A stretch of DNA of 64,000 nt from Podarcis erhardii (lineage: Eukaryota). The stretch's first letter is position 1; each line of letters opens with the position of its first letter. The DNA lies in assembly GCA_964252035.1 (NCBI GenBank), contig OZ176201.1. One strand, written 5' to 3'. Shown in pieces: positions 1-12,616 of the stretch. A model generated the notes under the pieces. The model did no database searches. It had not been told where the DNA came from and saw only the letters and a program-made list of their open reading frames with translations. Made by a program: the position numbers and the translations under genes.

Positions 1-47
1 CCAACATATGGATACTGATACACAAAAACCTATGATTGAGCTATATA

Positions 48-281
48 CAGTGGTACCTCGGGTTAATAATTTAATTCGTTCTGGAGGTCCGCTCTTAACC
101 TGAAACTGTTCTTATCCTGAGGTACCACTTTAGCTAATAGGGCCTCCCACTGCTGCTGTGCCGCCACACGATTTCTGTTCTCATCCTGAAGCAAAGTTCT
201 TAACCCGAGGTACTATTTCTGGGTTAGCGGAGTCTGTAACCTGAAGCATCTGTAAGCTGAATGTAACCCGAGGTACCACTG
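48..281. mobile_element. Tc1/mariner (Tigger/pogo-like) MITE, family 1
   Basis: TIRs CAGTGGTACCTCGGGTTA...TAACCCGAGGTACCACTG, TA on both sides (46-47, 282-283), five more copies in the window. Confidence 0.9.
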
Positions 282-350
282 TACATCAGAAAAGGTCTGT
301 CAACAGATTCTGAAGAAAGGATTTGAAACAAAGTACCAATAGTACTCGCT

Positions 351-396
351 TAATAATAATAATAATAATAACAACAACAACAACAACAACAACAAT
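351..396. repeat. Compound (AAT)n(AAC)n microsatellite
   Basis: Directly visible. Confidence 0.95.
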
Positions 397-469
397 AGGC
401 AAAGTATTGCACAACACACGAAATGCCCTCTGTCTTGCAGAAGCAAGGTGAATTCTTAATAGTGCTTCT

Positions 470-1420
470 CTGGTTTAATGCAATGATTGAACAGAATATA
501 TGGGACAAAGTAGTCCCTCAAGTAAGCTGGTCCCAGGCTGTTGTATACTAACAGCAAGGCTAGCTAGCCAATGCAGATCCTCAAGCAGAGATTTTATGCT
601 CTGTTGATAGGAAGCCTCTATCAACAGCTGGTACAAGGGAAGCCACATATGGAGCACATTGCAGTAGTCAAATGTTGAGATCACCAACTCCTGAAGCACA
701 CTGGCAAAGCTATCCTAATCCAAGAACACCTCCAGCTTTCTTAACATACAGGGTTTATATAAAGGACTCCTAGCCACAAAGGCCATTTGACCCTTTCGTG
801 AAAAAGTTGGATCTAGGGGCATCCCCAGGCTTTGAATTTGCTCCCTGTGTGCAATCCCATGCAGATCAGGCAATCTGCCTAGCTCCTGGACACTAAACCA
901 GCACATCACATGCAGCATATCCGTCTTACCAGGATTCAACTTGTTTATTGGCCCTCATCCAGCCCAGCACTGCATTCAACCTTCGATAAAGGTCACCAAG
1001 ACTGATTGAATCCTGCTCCACCACAACTTTCTCCAGTACACTGCTTTTAAACAGGGTATGTGTGACTCGTCAGTAGTTGCTTTGTACAGTGGATATATCA
1101 TAGACTTCCTGAAGACTGACAACATCACTGCCTCTTTGAGGACAGTGGAGAGCACCGTCTCACCCAATGATGTGTTAACCACATGCTGAACACAACCAGT
1201 CACACCATCTCTGCTAGTTTTATTAGCCAAGAAGACAAGGCTCAAATATGGTCAGACACATTGTTGCAAGCACGCTGTCCATGTCATCAGGCCTTATCTG
1301 CTGAAATTGATCCCACCACATCACATTAGATGTGGCACTGGACGCCTCAACAGAGACTGCAGAAACTCAGGTCCTTTGAGTACAGCAAGTTTCTCTTCAA
1401 AGTTCAAAGCAAAATGGTCA
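470..1420 (-). mobile_element. Decayed L2-clade LINE ORF2 (RT region) relic
   Basis: Fragmented translations resemble L2 ORF2 motifs: HFALNFEEKLA, VVNTSLGETVLSTVLKEAV, MNPGKTDML, LVISTFDYCNVLHMWLPL. Confidence 0.75.
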
Positions 1421-1446
1421 TAGAGGGTCTCCAAGGGCATTTTGTA

Positions 1447-1645
1447 CATCATCCGAGATGGAGGCACGTTCACAACCGGCAGTGTTCATAACCGGCAGCG
1501 CTGCGTCTGCGCACATGCGTGATGCAATTTGGCACTTCTGCACATGCGCAAGCGGCGAAACCCGGAAGTAACCCCTTCCGGGTTTCCCTTGGTACACAAC
1601 CTGAAAACGTGTAACCCGAAGAGTCTGTAACCCGAGGTACCACTG
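1447..1645. mobile_element. Tigger-like MITE, family 3 (left end eroded)
   Basis: Right TIR GTAACCCGAGGTACCACTG followed by TA; internal GCGCACATGCG motifs shared with 45568-45788. Confidence 0.7.
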
Positions 1646-4168
1646 TACATCCAACAAAGCAGGGGTAATCAACCTTCAGACCACAAAACGCTGCTGAACA
1701 GTTACTATAGACATAATACAGCTAGCAAAGTAAGTCTTAGGCATGATTGTGTCCTCTAGCTAGTGTGCAATCTGCTTCAGAATGAGGCTCATAGCATTTA
1801 TAATGTGGTCCTTGCCTGGCCTGCTTCATCATCTACAGCTCTCTATGGTATGAAGGGGCTGATTGGGTTCTATAGTCATCTCATGTGGGAGCAGCTGCCA
1901 GAAGTCCATACTTTACTTTCTCATCCATAATTAAATCACAAACAAGTGCTGTCATTATCCATTATGTTTCACAATGCCCCTTATATCCTTAAGAATATAA
2001 TTTATATGATTTTTTTTATTTGCTAATTGACATAGATAAACATGTGACCTAGAATGCAGCCCTCTGTCATTGCTGCCATGAAAGTTATGAAAAAGTCTTT
2101 AGCAGGAATCACGGCTAACTGTGCGGACATAAAACATATGTCTTTTAAGTTTGTTTGTTTTTTAATCACAGATGTATTAGCTTGGCCCAGAAGATAAGTT
2201 AATTTGAGAAAGTTCAAGGAAAAAGCTCTCTGTCCCCTCTTCTCACCAGCAGTCCCTGTGCCCCACCCCACATACGGTAATTCAGACACTTTTCAGGAGT
2301 TTTCAGGGAGTGAAACATCTTTCCAATAACTTCCATAGGGCCCAATACAGCACTTGTATCTTACTTTTTGTAAAGGTCTTTGGCTACATATGATCATGCA
2401 TAGAAATTAATGGGAATTTTTTTTTCATCTTAACCTTCCCCCTTGGTTTCCCAAATTAAGTATATTTCTATTTATTCTCTTTCAAACGTATGCTACTAGA
2501 GAACGTAAGTGATAGTTATTTCAGCACAAGTTTGTGGTAACCAACACTTTGCTATGTGGAATTGCTATGTGATTCTAATCATGGATCCTCATCTCTAGCA
2601 GCCCATTTTAACAATTTGTTGGCAGAGGTACTGGAGGTCCTAGGTGACTGCAAATTACACTTCATTTCTGCCACACAGGATGATGTCAACAAATTATAGG
2701 CTCCAAGAATGTGCACCCCATAAACTTATAAACATACACATAGGAGTCACTAAGTTTCTGTTAGAAACAACCATATGACTGTATTTTCTTTTACTTATAA
2801 AGAGCAGCATGTTGACATCCAACAATTCAAATATTCAATTCCTTAAACTACTTCAAATGCAAGCAATACTCAAGGCAGCTGACACATCCCACATCAACAT
2901 TCTCAGCCATTCCCAGGTATGTACTCTTACACACAAGCACACTTCAGTTTTGATTAGCAGCAATTCCCACAATCACAGTGGCTGGAGAAAGTACTACAAC
3001 AATCACAAGAATTTGCTTCAGAGTATATCCAAGATTTCAAATCTGAAATGTAGAAAAAGGTGGACGTTCAAAAAAAGTTGGCTTGAAAAATATATTTTGA
3101 TATACTTAAACATGTTTCATAATAAGCTCTTTCTATGTTTGTTTTTCCTACTTTGTGGCTCAAATGGAAAGCCTTTGTGCACATCAATGTGAAGAACTAC
3201 ACAAGGACAAGAGTATGCATTTTTCTGTAGGACAAAGAAAATTCATACAACCCCCTCAGATAACTAGTAGAGTACAACTGGTTGCCCCAGATGGAGATGA
3301 ACATCAAAAGATTTCTTCAGCCAGTTCAATGGAACCCAGATAAGCCATCACAATCCAGATGGGGATATATATCCAAATGTGCATCTAATTAGCTCTATCA
3401 GGCTTTACCAACTTCGTGCCCAGCTGTGCTCCCTGCTGATATTATTAGTAGCTATTATCCAAAAGGTCTGGAGATGCCAAGCTGGTGAAGGTTGTGAGCT
3501 AGGTGAAGAATGTCTATGGATTTCCCTTGCATGGTTTGGGTCACGTATGCTTAATTAAACATTCCATTGAAATGTTGTATTTTGGATGCATAGGAAAGCT
3601 ATTTTAGTTTCCACAGATGAGTACATTCAGAAAATTATATGTACTGAATATGATATTTCTCCATTTTGTCTTCAACACTGATCCAAACATCAATTAAGAA
3701 CAATCCTGAAATTTTAAGAAATCAAAAAATAAAAATCTGTGAACGCACAAAACTGTTCATCTAAGTATGCAACACATTAGATATGGAGTTCAAATTACTA
3801 CTGATTTCCCAGAGTCATAGCATCACTGAATCCTTGTCTTCTTTTTCTCTGTTATCCAGGAAAGCAACCTGTTTGAAACACAAGACACAGGAAAGCGAAA
3901 ATGATCAAAGGCCTGTCTGTCATTGGGTGAAAATGATCAAAGCTTAATGACTGCCCTTCCACTTCAAAAGTAAATTTGTGCAAGATTATGGTTACAACAT
4001 TAAAATGAGTTAGAACTTGTGCTTATAGCAACATCTTAATGTGGAATCCTGGCATGTTTTTTAGTGCCAAACATGAATTCCAGTTTTACAACAAGATGAA
4101 AAAGAGGTTGAAATATTGCTTAAATTAAACCTTGGTTTTACTTATGGACAGTGATGCATGCATTTAAG

Positions 4169-4709
4169 TGTCAGGAGCCAGAGTCAGGAGTAGGTCAGCA
4201 ATAAAACACCCAGTGTCAGTGAAGTTAATTCTTTATTCAAAGGAACCAGAACAGTGCAGGCCTAGTGATCACAGCAACTCTTCCCAGTAGTCTTGCCCCA
4301 ATGAGGCAGCTACAAGGGCTGGAGGTCCCTGCCTTCCCACCACTCTCTAAGGCTCCCCCCCCCCGGGTTCCTTCCCCAACAGCCTATGGCTCCTTCATCT
4401 TGCTTCCATTTGCTCCACCCTCTTCATTTCTCCACATATTCTGGGAGACCAGCGGGGAGGAGAGCTGGTCACAGCAGGAGAGGAAACTTCCCTGGTTTCT
4501 TCAGCAGCCTGCCTCATAGCTGCCTCTTGGGTCCCCTCCTCTTCTCCTTCTGAGCCCGGACTGCTCTCTGCCCCAGCCTCTTCCTGCTCACTAAACCCTG
4601 ATGCCTCTTCAGCTTCTGGAACCTCCTCCTGAGTCTGCTCCCTTCTCTCTATGGGGGTTCCCCAGCTGGTGCCTCCCACCACTCCTCGGCATCTAGCAAG
4701 TCCATGACA
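4169..4709 (-). mobile_element. Solo LTR A
   Basis: TGTCA...TGACA termini, 5-bp near-TSD TTAAG/TTAGG, AATAAA on the minus strand at 4232-4237. Confidence 0.8.
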
Positions 4710-4838
4710 TTAGGCATGCTGCAGTAAAATGTTAAGTCACCACAACTGGCTGCCCCACTCCCTCTATTCTGAAGTTGTGCAAACCTTTATGTCTGCCCAG
4801 CAGATGCAAAGCCATCTCCCTTTACTACTCTTACCAAC

Positions 4839-5250
4839 TGTAATGGTTGTGAGGGGGTTACTTGTGCGTAAATTGCCTTCAGTTTAGTCAGTTTGTTTGC
4901 TCAACCATGTTTAGGGTTAGAGCTCGCCCTCCGTGACCTGTTAGTCACTTGCAGAATCCGTCAGTGGGCGTTTCTTGAACCTCTTCCAGCATAAAAGCTG
5001 TTTGACCCCAAGTCTCCTCCTATGTTCCCTGCGCGGAACGCGTCTGCGCAAGTGAGGGGAAGGCAGGGGCGTGCCAGCGCTCTCTCCACTAGATTCGGGT
5101 GAAGGGTCTTGGAGCCCTGTCACCAATTCCTCCATCTCCCTCTCTTCTCTATTGGTGTTACGCTGAATTCCTTCCCCTCTGCTGGTCCCCTCTCCGGCAT
5201 CGCTCTGGAGCCCTGCCTCCGCCTCTCGCTCTGATGTCAGTTCCCTGACA
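4839..5250 (-). mobile_element. Solo LTR B
   Basis: TG...CA termini with perfect 5-bp TSD CCAAC (4834-4838, 5251-5255); homologous to 39046-39528. Confidence 0.88.
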
Positions 5251-6835
5251 CCAACCAATTTAGTGATGCCCTCCTGTGATCTGAACTCTAGTCATTAAGG
5301 GGCCACAAGGTTATCAGAGCAATCCTAACCCTGGCGGGGAGCACTGGGGTGCAGCAGCAGATGGACCACTACATCCAAACTCTGGTTGATTATACTGGAC
5401 ATGATGGGGTATTCCCCCCCCCTGCTGTGCTAGCTTCCCACTGCCACAGCAGAGGGGCCCAAAACAGGAGTGGGAGAGCAGCTTTGTATCCAACAGGTCT
5501 ATGGCTCAGCTCTGCCCCTGCCACAGCCCATTTCCAGATCCTAAGCTTGCTACTACTGCACTACACTGAGCAGGTGCAGGGGGAAACAGGTTCTACAGCA
5601 GCCCCGTTACCCCACTGACACAAGCCCAGCAGACGGACACGTTGCCCTATCTTCGCCCCCTCCAGCAGCACAGAGAAGGAAGTTACATTTGTTATTCATG
5701 CTTTCCTACAAGTCACCCTACACTAGAACTTTTAGCCTCATTATCAGAATTACGACTCTGGCAAGAGTCTTGACATTCCTGTCTTCAAAATTTGGAATCA
5801 AGACAGCCTGCATATTTAAGCCAAACTTGTCAAAAAAAAATTAAGGGCTTCATCAGGCTACCTGCCGACTGGAGTGACTAAAATCTCCTTTAACATTTGG
5901 TATCCCTCGCAAAGCAAATAATCACATCAGCTTTTCACTATCTATTAAAAACTTCGGGTTATTCTTTGAAAGGTAACCTGGTACTGTATTGTACAGCAGG
6001 CTACTTTCCCCATGTATCTGTCTCCTCCATTTAATAGTTAACAATAGGGAAATCAAAAGATGAGAAGTTTCATCATCCTCTGGAGAGATTTCTTCTAAGT
6101 CTTAGAGCCAAACTCAACCAGTTCAGTCCCACTGCAGATTTTATAACAAACAAATACCACCACCACTGTTCAGACTAACACTTTGGATTAAGACAGAGAG
6201 TATCTGAGAAAAGCCCAAACTATGACTAGACCCTTGAAACCAGGAATGGATTGTGGTCTAAACAGAACAGACTGTTGCATTATGGGAAGGGGCCAGGATG
6301 AATTTACTTTCTTCTGTGTTATTATGATAATGTCTCTCAGGGGAAGAAAGTACAAACCCACTCCTTTCCAGGAATAGTCCAGTCATAAGAAATTGCCATG
6401 AGAGTGGAAATGAAATGCTAAAACCTGGGTTTCATAATTAACCATTTCATTTATTGCTGACTGTTTTAAAAAAAGAAGAAGCCAATTGGGAGGAATGGAA
6501 AATAAATTCTAAAGCAAATTATCACCCAGGCCATCCAAAGGAAGAGGCAAACTGTGGTGTTGCATCTCAACATGCTTCTGAACTGCTGTGTGTGAGACCT
6601 TTTCTAAAAAGCACATTTCGATTCCATGTTGCATCTGTTCCCACAGGATATGACGTCTCAGTTACAGAACTCCATTATGAGGGAAAGAAGTACTTGAAAT
6701 GAGGGAAACCTCGAAAACCCCTTGCAGAGGAAGTGAAATATACACTACCATTTTAGGGGAGAAGTGTGTGCTTGTGAAAGTTTCCATTTACACTTGGAAT
6801 CAAAAGCATGACAGTTGAAATGCAGCTGCATAGAG

Positions 6836-6971
6836 AAGGCATCCCCAAACTCTGCCCTCCAGCTGTTTTGGGACTACAACTCTCATCATCCCTAGCTAAC
6901 AGGACCAGTGGTCAGGGATGATGGGAACTGTAGTCCCAAAACAGCTGGAGGGCCACGTTTGGCAGTGCCTG
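6836..6971. mobile_element. hAT-type palindromic MITE
   Basis: Hairpin-like body (GGACTACAACTC..ATCATCCC...GGGATGATGGGAACTGTAGTCC) and perfect 8-bp TSD GCATAGAG. Confidence 0.88.
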
Positions 6972-9900
6972 GCATAGAGAAACATTTGTTGATATCAATG
7001 GCTCATCACATAGTTGCAGTAAACTGCAAAGAAAAGCAAAAGTTTTAGATAGTAGGGTGGGTTGCTAAAATGGAATAGGGAGTTATTCCATATAGTTGCA
7101 GTTTCAAGTAGCTCTTATAGCTGTGGCTGGATGTGTGAAACTGGGTGAAAGGCTCCTCTGAGTTTATAGAGTTGGCTACATCCAACATTATTGACCATAA
7201 AGTTAGTTTTTGTGACAACAATGCAAATCTAGAGCCAAATAAATAAATAAAATGTTAGCTTTCATCTGCAAGGGAGTCCTTTTGAAAGTTGAGGGAAAAT
7301 AACACTGCTAGAAGCAGCCGCTGGTTATAGCATAAACAACCAAGGTACTGTATTGAGGACCTCAATTAAAACCAAGTTACTGTTTCTCCTTTCTGTGCTG
7401 ACTTTCCTTTAACAAAAATTATTGTTAAAAATTGTTTCACGCTGTTTTATGGGAAGCTATACAAAAATGAAATAAATAAACTAATACGAAAAATGAAGAG
7501 AGGTGGATCATAGCAAATGTTCACTTCATTGTTAATGTGGAGGGCAGGATCACACAATTATACTGACAAATGCATGTGCAAGAAAATAAATTGATAAATT
7601 TGTAAGGATAAGTGGAAAATCAGTTTCGGAACTGAAGACACGAGAAGACATGCGATTGGATTCTCCTACAGGGTAGACCTACTGAGAATTTCTGTCACAT
7701 GATGAAAAGCAAAATACTATGGATAGTATGAAAGGTAAAAATATACGACAATGGTGGGGATTTTTTTAAAGCATTACATAAAACTCAAAAAGGCACAGCT
7801 CCCTATGTGACTCAGAGCAGAGGAAAAACTACAAAACCCACTCTGAAAGTCCCTAAAAGTTTCATGCATGATACTAGAAAAATTCAGAGGCTGACTGATG
7901 GCCAATTACTTGGTCCTATCTGCAGTGCTACACAAAGGCAGCGCTTGAAAATGCTCCTTACACAGCATGCACCCTTCTGTCATGTGCCTGAATTTATCTG
8001 GCACCAGGTTACTTACTAAATGGAATGATCAGTATCCTATCACATGCTTCGGTCATCAAATGCAACAACTTTCACCCTTGTTCTTCACCAGATAATCCCC
8101 CAAAATATGATCCATATGAACAAGGAACAGGAAGCAGTTTCTTGGAACAGAGAACCACTGCAAAGTATGGAGCAGACAGAGGGCGAGTATAGCTGAAGCA
8201 GTTTGCAGAAAGGAAAGGGTAAGCTTCCTTAAGCAAACAAACCCTTCCCTGCCCCCAGCCTCACAGTACAAACTAGGCAAAGTCTCCTCTAATGTTCCAG
8301 ATGATGCTGTTTTCCTGCGGCTATTGAAAACTGATTTAGCATAACTACCCCAGTGAAGCAGATGGGATTGAATGATAAAGCTCAAGGTGCAGTGGGGGGA
8401 TGCAGCTGCGAGCTGAAACAATCCCTGATGAAATTGTGTTGCTGTAGTTGCAGAGGAGTGTGGGGAGAAGAGAAACAGAAAAGATGTAAGATACAGCCTC
8501 TCCCTTCTTACTTTATAAAGATGCATGTAAATAAAATCAGGGATTAAAAAATAAACTTTTAAATAGTTTATGCTTTGCCTAAGGTTCATTAAACCAGCTA
8601 ATGATTTTGTGTCAACTATTTTGGCTAACTTTTCTCCTTCTTTAAACCCATTACCTACTCCAGGGTGGCCAGCATGCCCTACAGAATTCGCTGCATTCAC
8701 ACTCCAATCACCTCTGGCCCCTGGTCAATTGGCTGAGTCCGATTAGAGTAGAAATTCAACAACATCCAGTTGACATCACTTGACTACCCCTGAACAATGC
8801 AGCAAATGAGTATGAACAAGCTACAGGAAAGTGACCCAACCAAATGTTGAACTCTTTGGAGAAATAAATGGTCCTCATATGCAATTAGAATGGTTACTGG
8901 GGAAAAGTAAAGCCCAACAGGAAATCTGAAGGAATCTTGTTCTCTTACCAGGATTTTACATCAACCAATACTGGGCAAATCTGTCAAGAGGCATCAGAAA
9001 ATATGGCCAGGATTCAAACATTCACTTCCCATGATCACGTAAGAGAGAGGACATCCCTTCCCACCCTGGTGGAATGTGAATCTGGGAGTGACAAGATTAG
9101 GACAAGGATGAGGGCTCCTGTCTCACTGGAGTAGTGATGGAGGGAAATATTTCTCTTCACTCCTGCAATTGTGCTGAGATAAGAGTGGCCACAAATCTCA
9201 GCATGCTTTCAAGGATTAAAATATTCCCTCTCTAAAGTACAGGAGTGGCAGAAGCAGTCACACAAGCAAAGGAAGAAGAGGGTTGGGAAGAGAAGTATCT
9301 TTTAGCTATTGGTTGGCATTGGTGCCCCAACCAGCTAGCTGGTGAAAGGTCCTATTTTTAGATAGATGTGCAAATGTTTGGTATAATTTCAATGTAAATT
9401 TGCATCTAGGATCAGGATTCTTGATGTACTAATGTTTTACTTGTGGGAACTAGTGACTGGCTGGCCACGAGTAACCTTGCACAGTGTCTTCTAAACCAGT
9501 TCTATCTTTCTACATATCATCACTGACACCACACTGGCACAGCAGCCTTTTCACTGTGGTGCTATACATACTGACTACCATTTGTGCAAGAAGAATCAAT
9601 GATCAAATTACCAGGGCCATATCCAGTGCTACAGCTCCGCAATGCCGCAAAAGGCTTGTACAAGAGCATCAGAGCTTCGACTTCCTCTCCTGTCCCCCAT
9701 GTGGCCTCAAAATCAGCTCTAGGGCTGGGAGACCCTCCCAAGTGGATTTTGGTGCTACAGAGGGGAGGAGCGGGAAATGGAAGTCCTGTTGCACCAGCAA
9801 AACTATGCACCTGGAGAATGAAAAACAAACTCCTATTCTCAGACGAAGCACTAAAAAACCCAGATCATTCTGAAAAGTAAAATGTCAGGACATTTCTAAT

Positions 9901-10048
9901 AAAAATGAAAAATGAAAGTGGACTAGAGTACCAGTGGTCAAGATGCAAAGGTGCAAATTGCTGTTGTCCACATTTAACTTTTCATATTTTGAGACTGACC
10001 CACTTGCATTCAAATAATTTTTTAGAGAACTATGAATGTCCCACCACC

Positions 10049-10186
10049 CAGCAGTTCTCAACCTGTGGGTCCCCAGATGTTGTTGGACTACAACTCCCAT
10101 CATCCCTGGGCTCTGGAATTGCTAGCTAGGGGTGATGGGAGTTGTAGTTCAACAACATCTGGGGACCCACAGGTTGAGAAAGGCTG
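10049..10186. mobile_element. hAT-type palindromic MITE
   Basis: Same family body, inverted arms, flanking CACCACC(C) repeat. Confidence 0.82.
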
Positions 10187-11054
10187 CACCACCCATTATA
10201 AGCATTTGGCAACAGGCAGGAAACAGGTGTGGGGTGAAAACCTACCTAAAATGCATTTGGTTATAGCTACTTTCAGGAGTCCTAAGTGTTTGTAGGTTTC
10301 AACAAAAAGTTTCAGATTTTTCTTTCTTTTCTTTTCTTTTCTTTTTTAGTTTTCAGATTTTTCAAAAACAGGGTTGCCGTGGTTAGAACTTTGCCTGATG
10401 GCACTTTTGTTCTCTCTTTTTTATGTTGCAGCCTAGTGTCTAGACTCAAAACAGTGAGAAGTTCTCTCTAACTCCAGCCTGTGGTTTCAGTGTGTTCAGC
10501 ATGAAAACTGTGCATGTCAGCATTCTTCTAGCTGGCTCCATGTGATTTAATTTAAGCCAACCACAGAATGACTGTGCTAGCTTTCTAAGATGCCACAGCA
10601 TGCAAGCTGGGGGTGGGGTGGGGGACTGAACAGAAGCAATGCACACCAGATGTTAGAACAGAACATCTAAAATTATTTATCCAGATTTAGCATACAAGAA
10701 AGAATCTTCCTTCCATGCTAAAAATATTTGCATTTAATCCAAGAAACAAGCATGCCGAAACTCAGTTTGTAGAAACCATACTGCACCTCTTTCTCCTCAT
10801 CCCTTTGTTACAATATACTGTATTCTAGATGGGAATTCCTGCTTTTCAATGTGACTTTTTTTCCTGCACAACTAGAAATTATTTGCTTCTTCCTACGTTA
10901 TATTATTATACCCACTTGACTGAACTCAATTTCCAGGCCAGGGACAAGCAAAGAAATTTCAAAGGTCCAAAGAAATCACAATATTTATTTCCTGTGAATG
11001 CATGTGCTCCCTTTGGTATAGTGCAGCAGTAGGAAAATTCTGGGCCATGGGCCT

Positions 11055-11110
11055 AATCGTAGAATTGTAGAGCTGGAAGGAACCTACAAGGGTCATCTAG
11101 CCCAACCCCT
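11055..11110 (-). mobile_element. CR1-type 3' tail fragment (CR1 or CR1-tailed SINE)
   Basis: Reverse complement matches the CTAGATGACCC...TTCCA.CTCTACAATTCTA tail also at 48840-48876 and 57040-57086. Confidence 0.7.
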
Positions 11111-11913
11111 AGCCAGGTCATTTGGGGCAAACCACAGTTACCTCTCCTGTTCATGACATCATCTATGGTGTCAGGCATGGTCAAGTTCAAGCCACAGCTG
11201 CAAAGGAAAAATCTCCTTTGCAACCAAGCCATATCTACAAAGGAAGAAAGGCACTGGCAATCTAATTTAAATGCCCAAAGTTTATTTTTTTGAAAACCTA
11301 CCATTTACCTAGGAAAATATAATAGGGGCTTATTAATCACGCTTAGCCAGCCACCGTAGTCCTCATGTAGAGGTATTTGTTCACCATTTCAGAAGCCTAC
11401 TGTACTTCCTCCTATCCTAACTCTAGCATTGCTTCCAACCGGGGGTGAGGGGGTGGGGGGGTGGAAGAGTCTCCTTCCTGCTTCCATCCTACCAACAACC
11501 CACTTCCCTGATAGCTGCTACCCAGTGAAGAAATCAACTGACTGAAGCACTTGATAAAAGCATGAACTTGATCAGAGTCACACAGTGCTGAGCCAACCAC
11601 TCCCAAATCATTCCAATGATACCTATAATGGTGAAGTATCTGCTCAGCTACAACAAAGGTCTCACTCAAAGTATGATTTAAATCCACACCCCAAATGTGG
11701 CCAATAAGCAGATAGGTGGCACCTACCAAATCCCCTTTGGCCCAGCCGCATCTTTATCTGTCCCGCACCCTATGTTGTAGATGGACCAATTGGGGAGGTC
11801 CGGTAGGCCTAATTATGCCCACAGGCTGGAGGTTCTTCAATAAGGTGCCGGTATCACAGAGCTGTTTATCAGATTAGCAGACTGCATTGCTCTCTTCCCA
11901 AGTGAATTGGTTA

Positions 11914-11924
11914 ACTACTACTAC

Positions 11925-11958
<34 letters not shown>

Positions 11959-12075
11959 TATACCCCGCCCATCTGGCTGGGTTTCCCCAGCCACTCTCTG
12001 AGTGGCTTCCAAAAGAAAATTAAAATACAATAGTCTATTAAACATTAAAAGCTTCCCTAAACTATGGCTGCTTCT
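11914..12075 (-). mobile_element. L2-clade LINE 3' end with (TAA)n tail
   Basis: TACCCCGCCCATCTGGCTGGGTTTCCCCAG block shared with 40400-40440; microsatellite tail. Confidence 0.75.
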
Positions 12076-12385
12076 GCTATTTGCATACAATCAAGTTCAC
12101 GTTTCTTAATTAAAATGGATGTGGCACTTTGTGCAACAAAATAAGACTTTTTGAAATAAGGAAAAGGTGTGAGATAACAGCTGTTTGCCGCAGTATCATA
12201 TAACTTCCCTGCAAACAAACTGGAATGAGTAAGCAGTGGGTGTCATATAATGTCCCCTCAAACTGTGCAAACCAATCAAGATGAATACTCAATAAAACAA
12301 GTTGTCAGAAGGCAGACTTCATTTCAAGGCAACACAGTTAACTAGTTACACTCTTTCACTTGCATTAACAAATCTGAGTTCTGTA

Positions 12386-12616
12386 CAGTGGTACCTCGGG
12401 TTACATACGCTTCAGGTTACATACGCTTCAGGTTACAGACTCCGCTAACCCAGAAATAGTACCTCGGGTTAAGAACTTTGCTTCAGGATGAGAACAGAAA
12501 TTGTGTGGCGGCGGCAGGAGGCCCCATTAGCTAAAGTGGTGCTTCAGGTTAAGAACAGTTTCAGCTTAAGAACAGACCTCCAGAACGAATTAAGTTCTTA
12601 ACCCAAGGTATCACTG
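12386..12616. mobile_element. Tigger-like MITE, family 1
   Basis: TIRs and TA/TA flanks; opposite orientation to the copy at 48. Confidence 0.9.

Noticed and set aside
4941-5100. Hepadnavirus core-like Arg-rich tail (endogenous virus)
   Set aside because: The similarity is compositional only; the segment lies within a TG...CA element with a 5-bp TSD, that is, an LTR
8056-8700. 214-aa minus-strand ORF
   Set aside because: Non-ATG start, low-complexity Leu/Phe/Ser composition, no motifs or splice support
11412-11729. Possible SGNH-hydrolase relic (LLIGH...NDLG)
   Set aside because: Motif spacing of about 30 aa is too short and the catalytic Ser is absent; not supportable by eye
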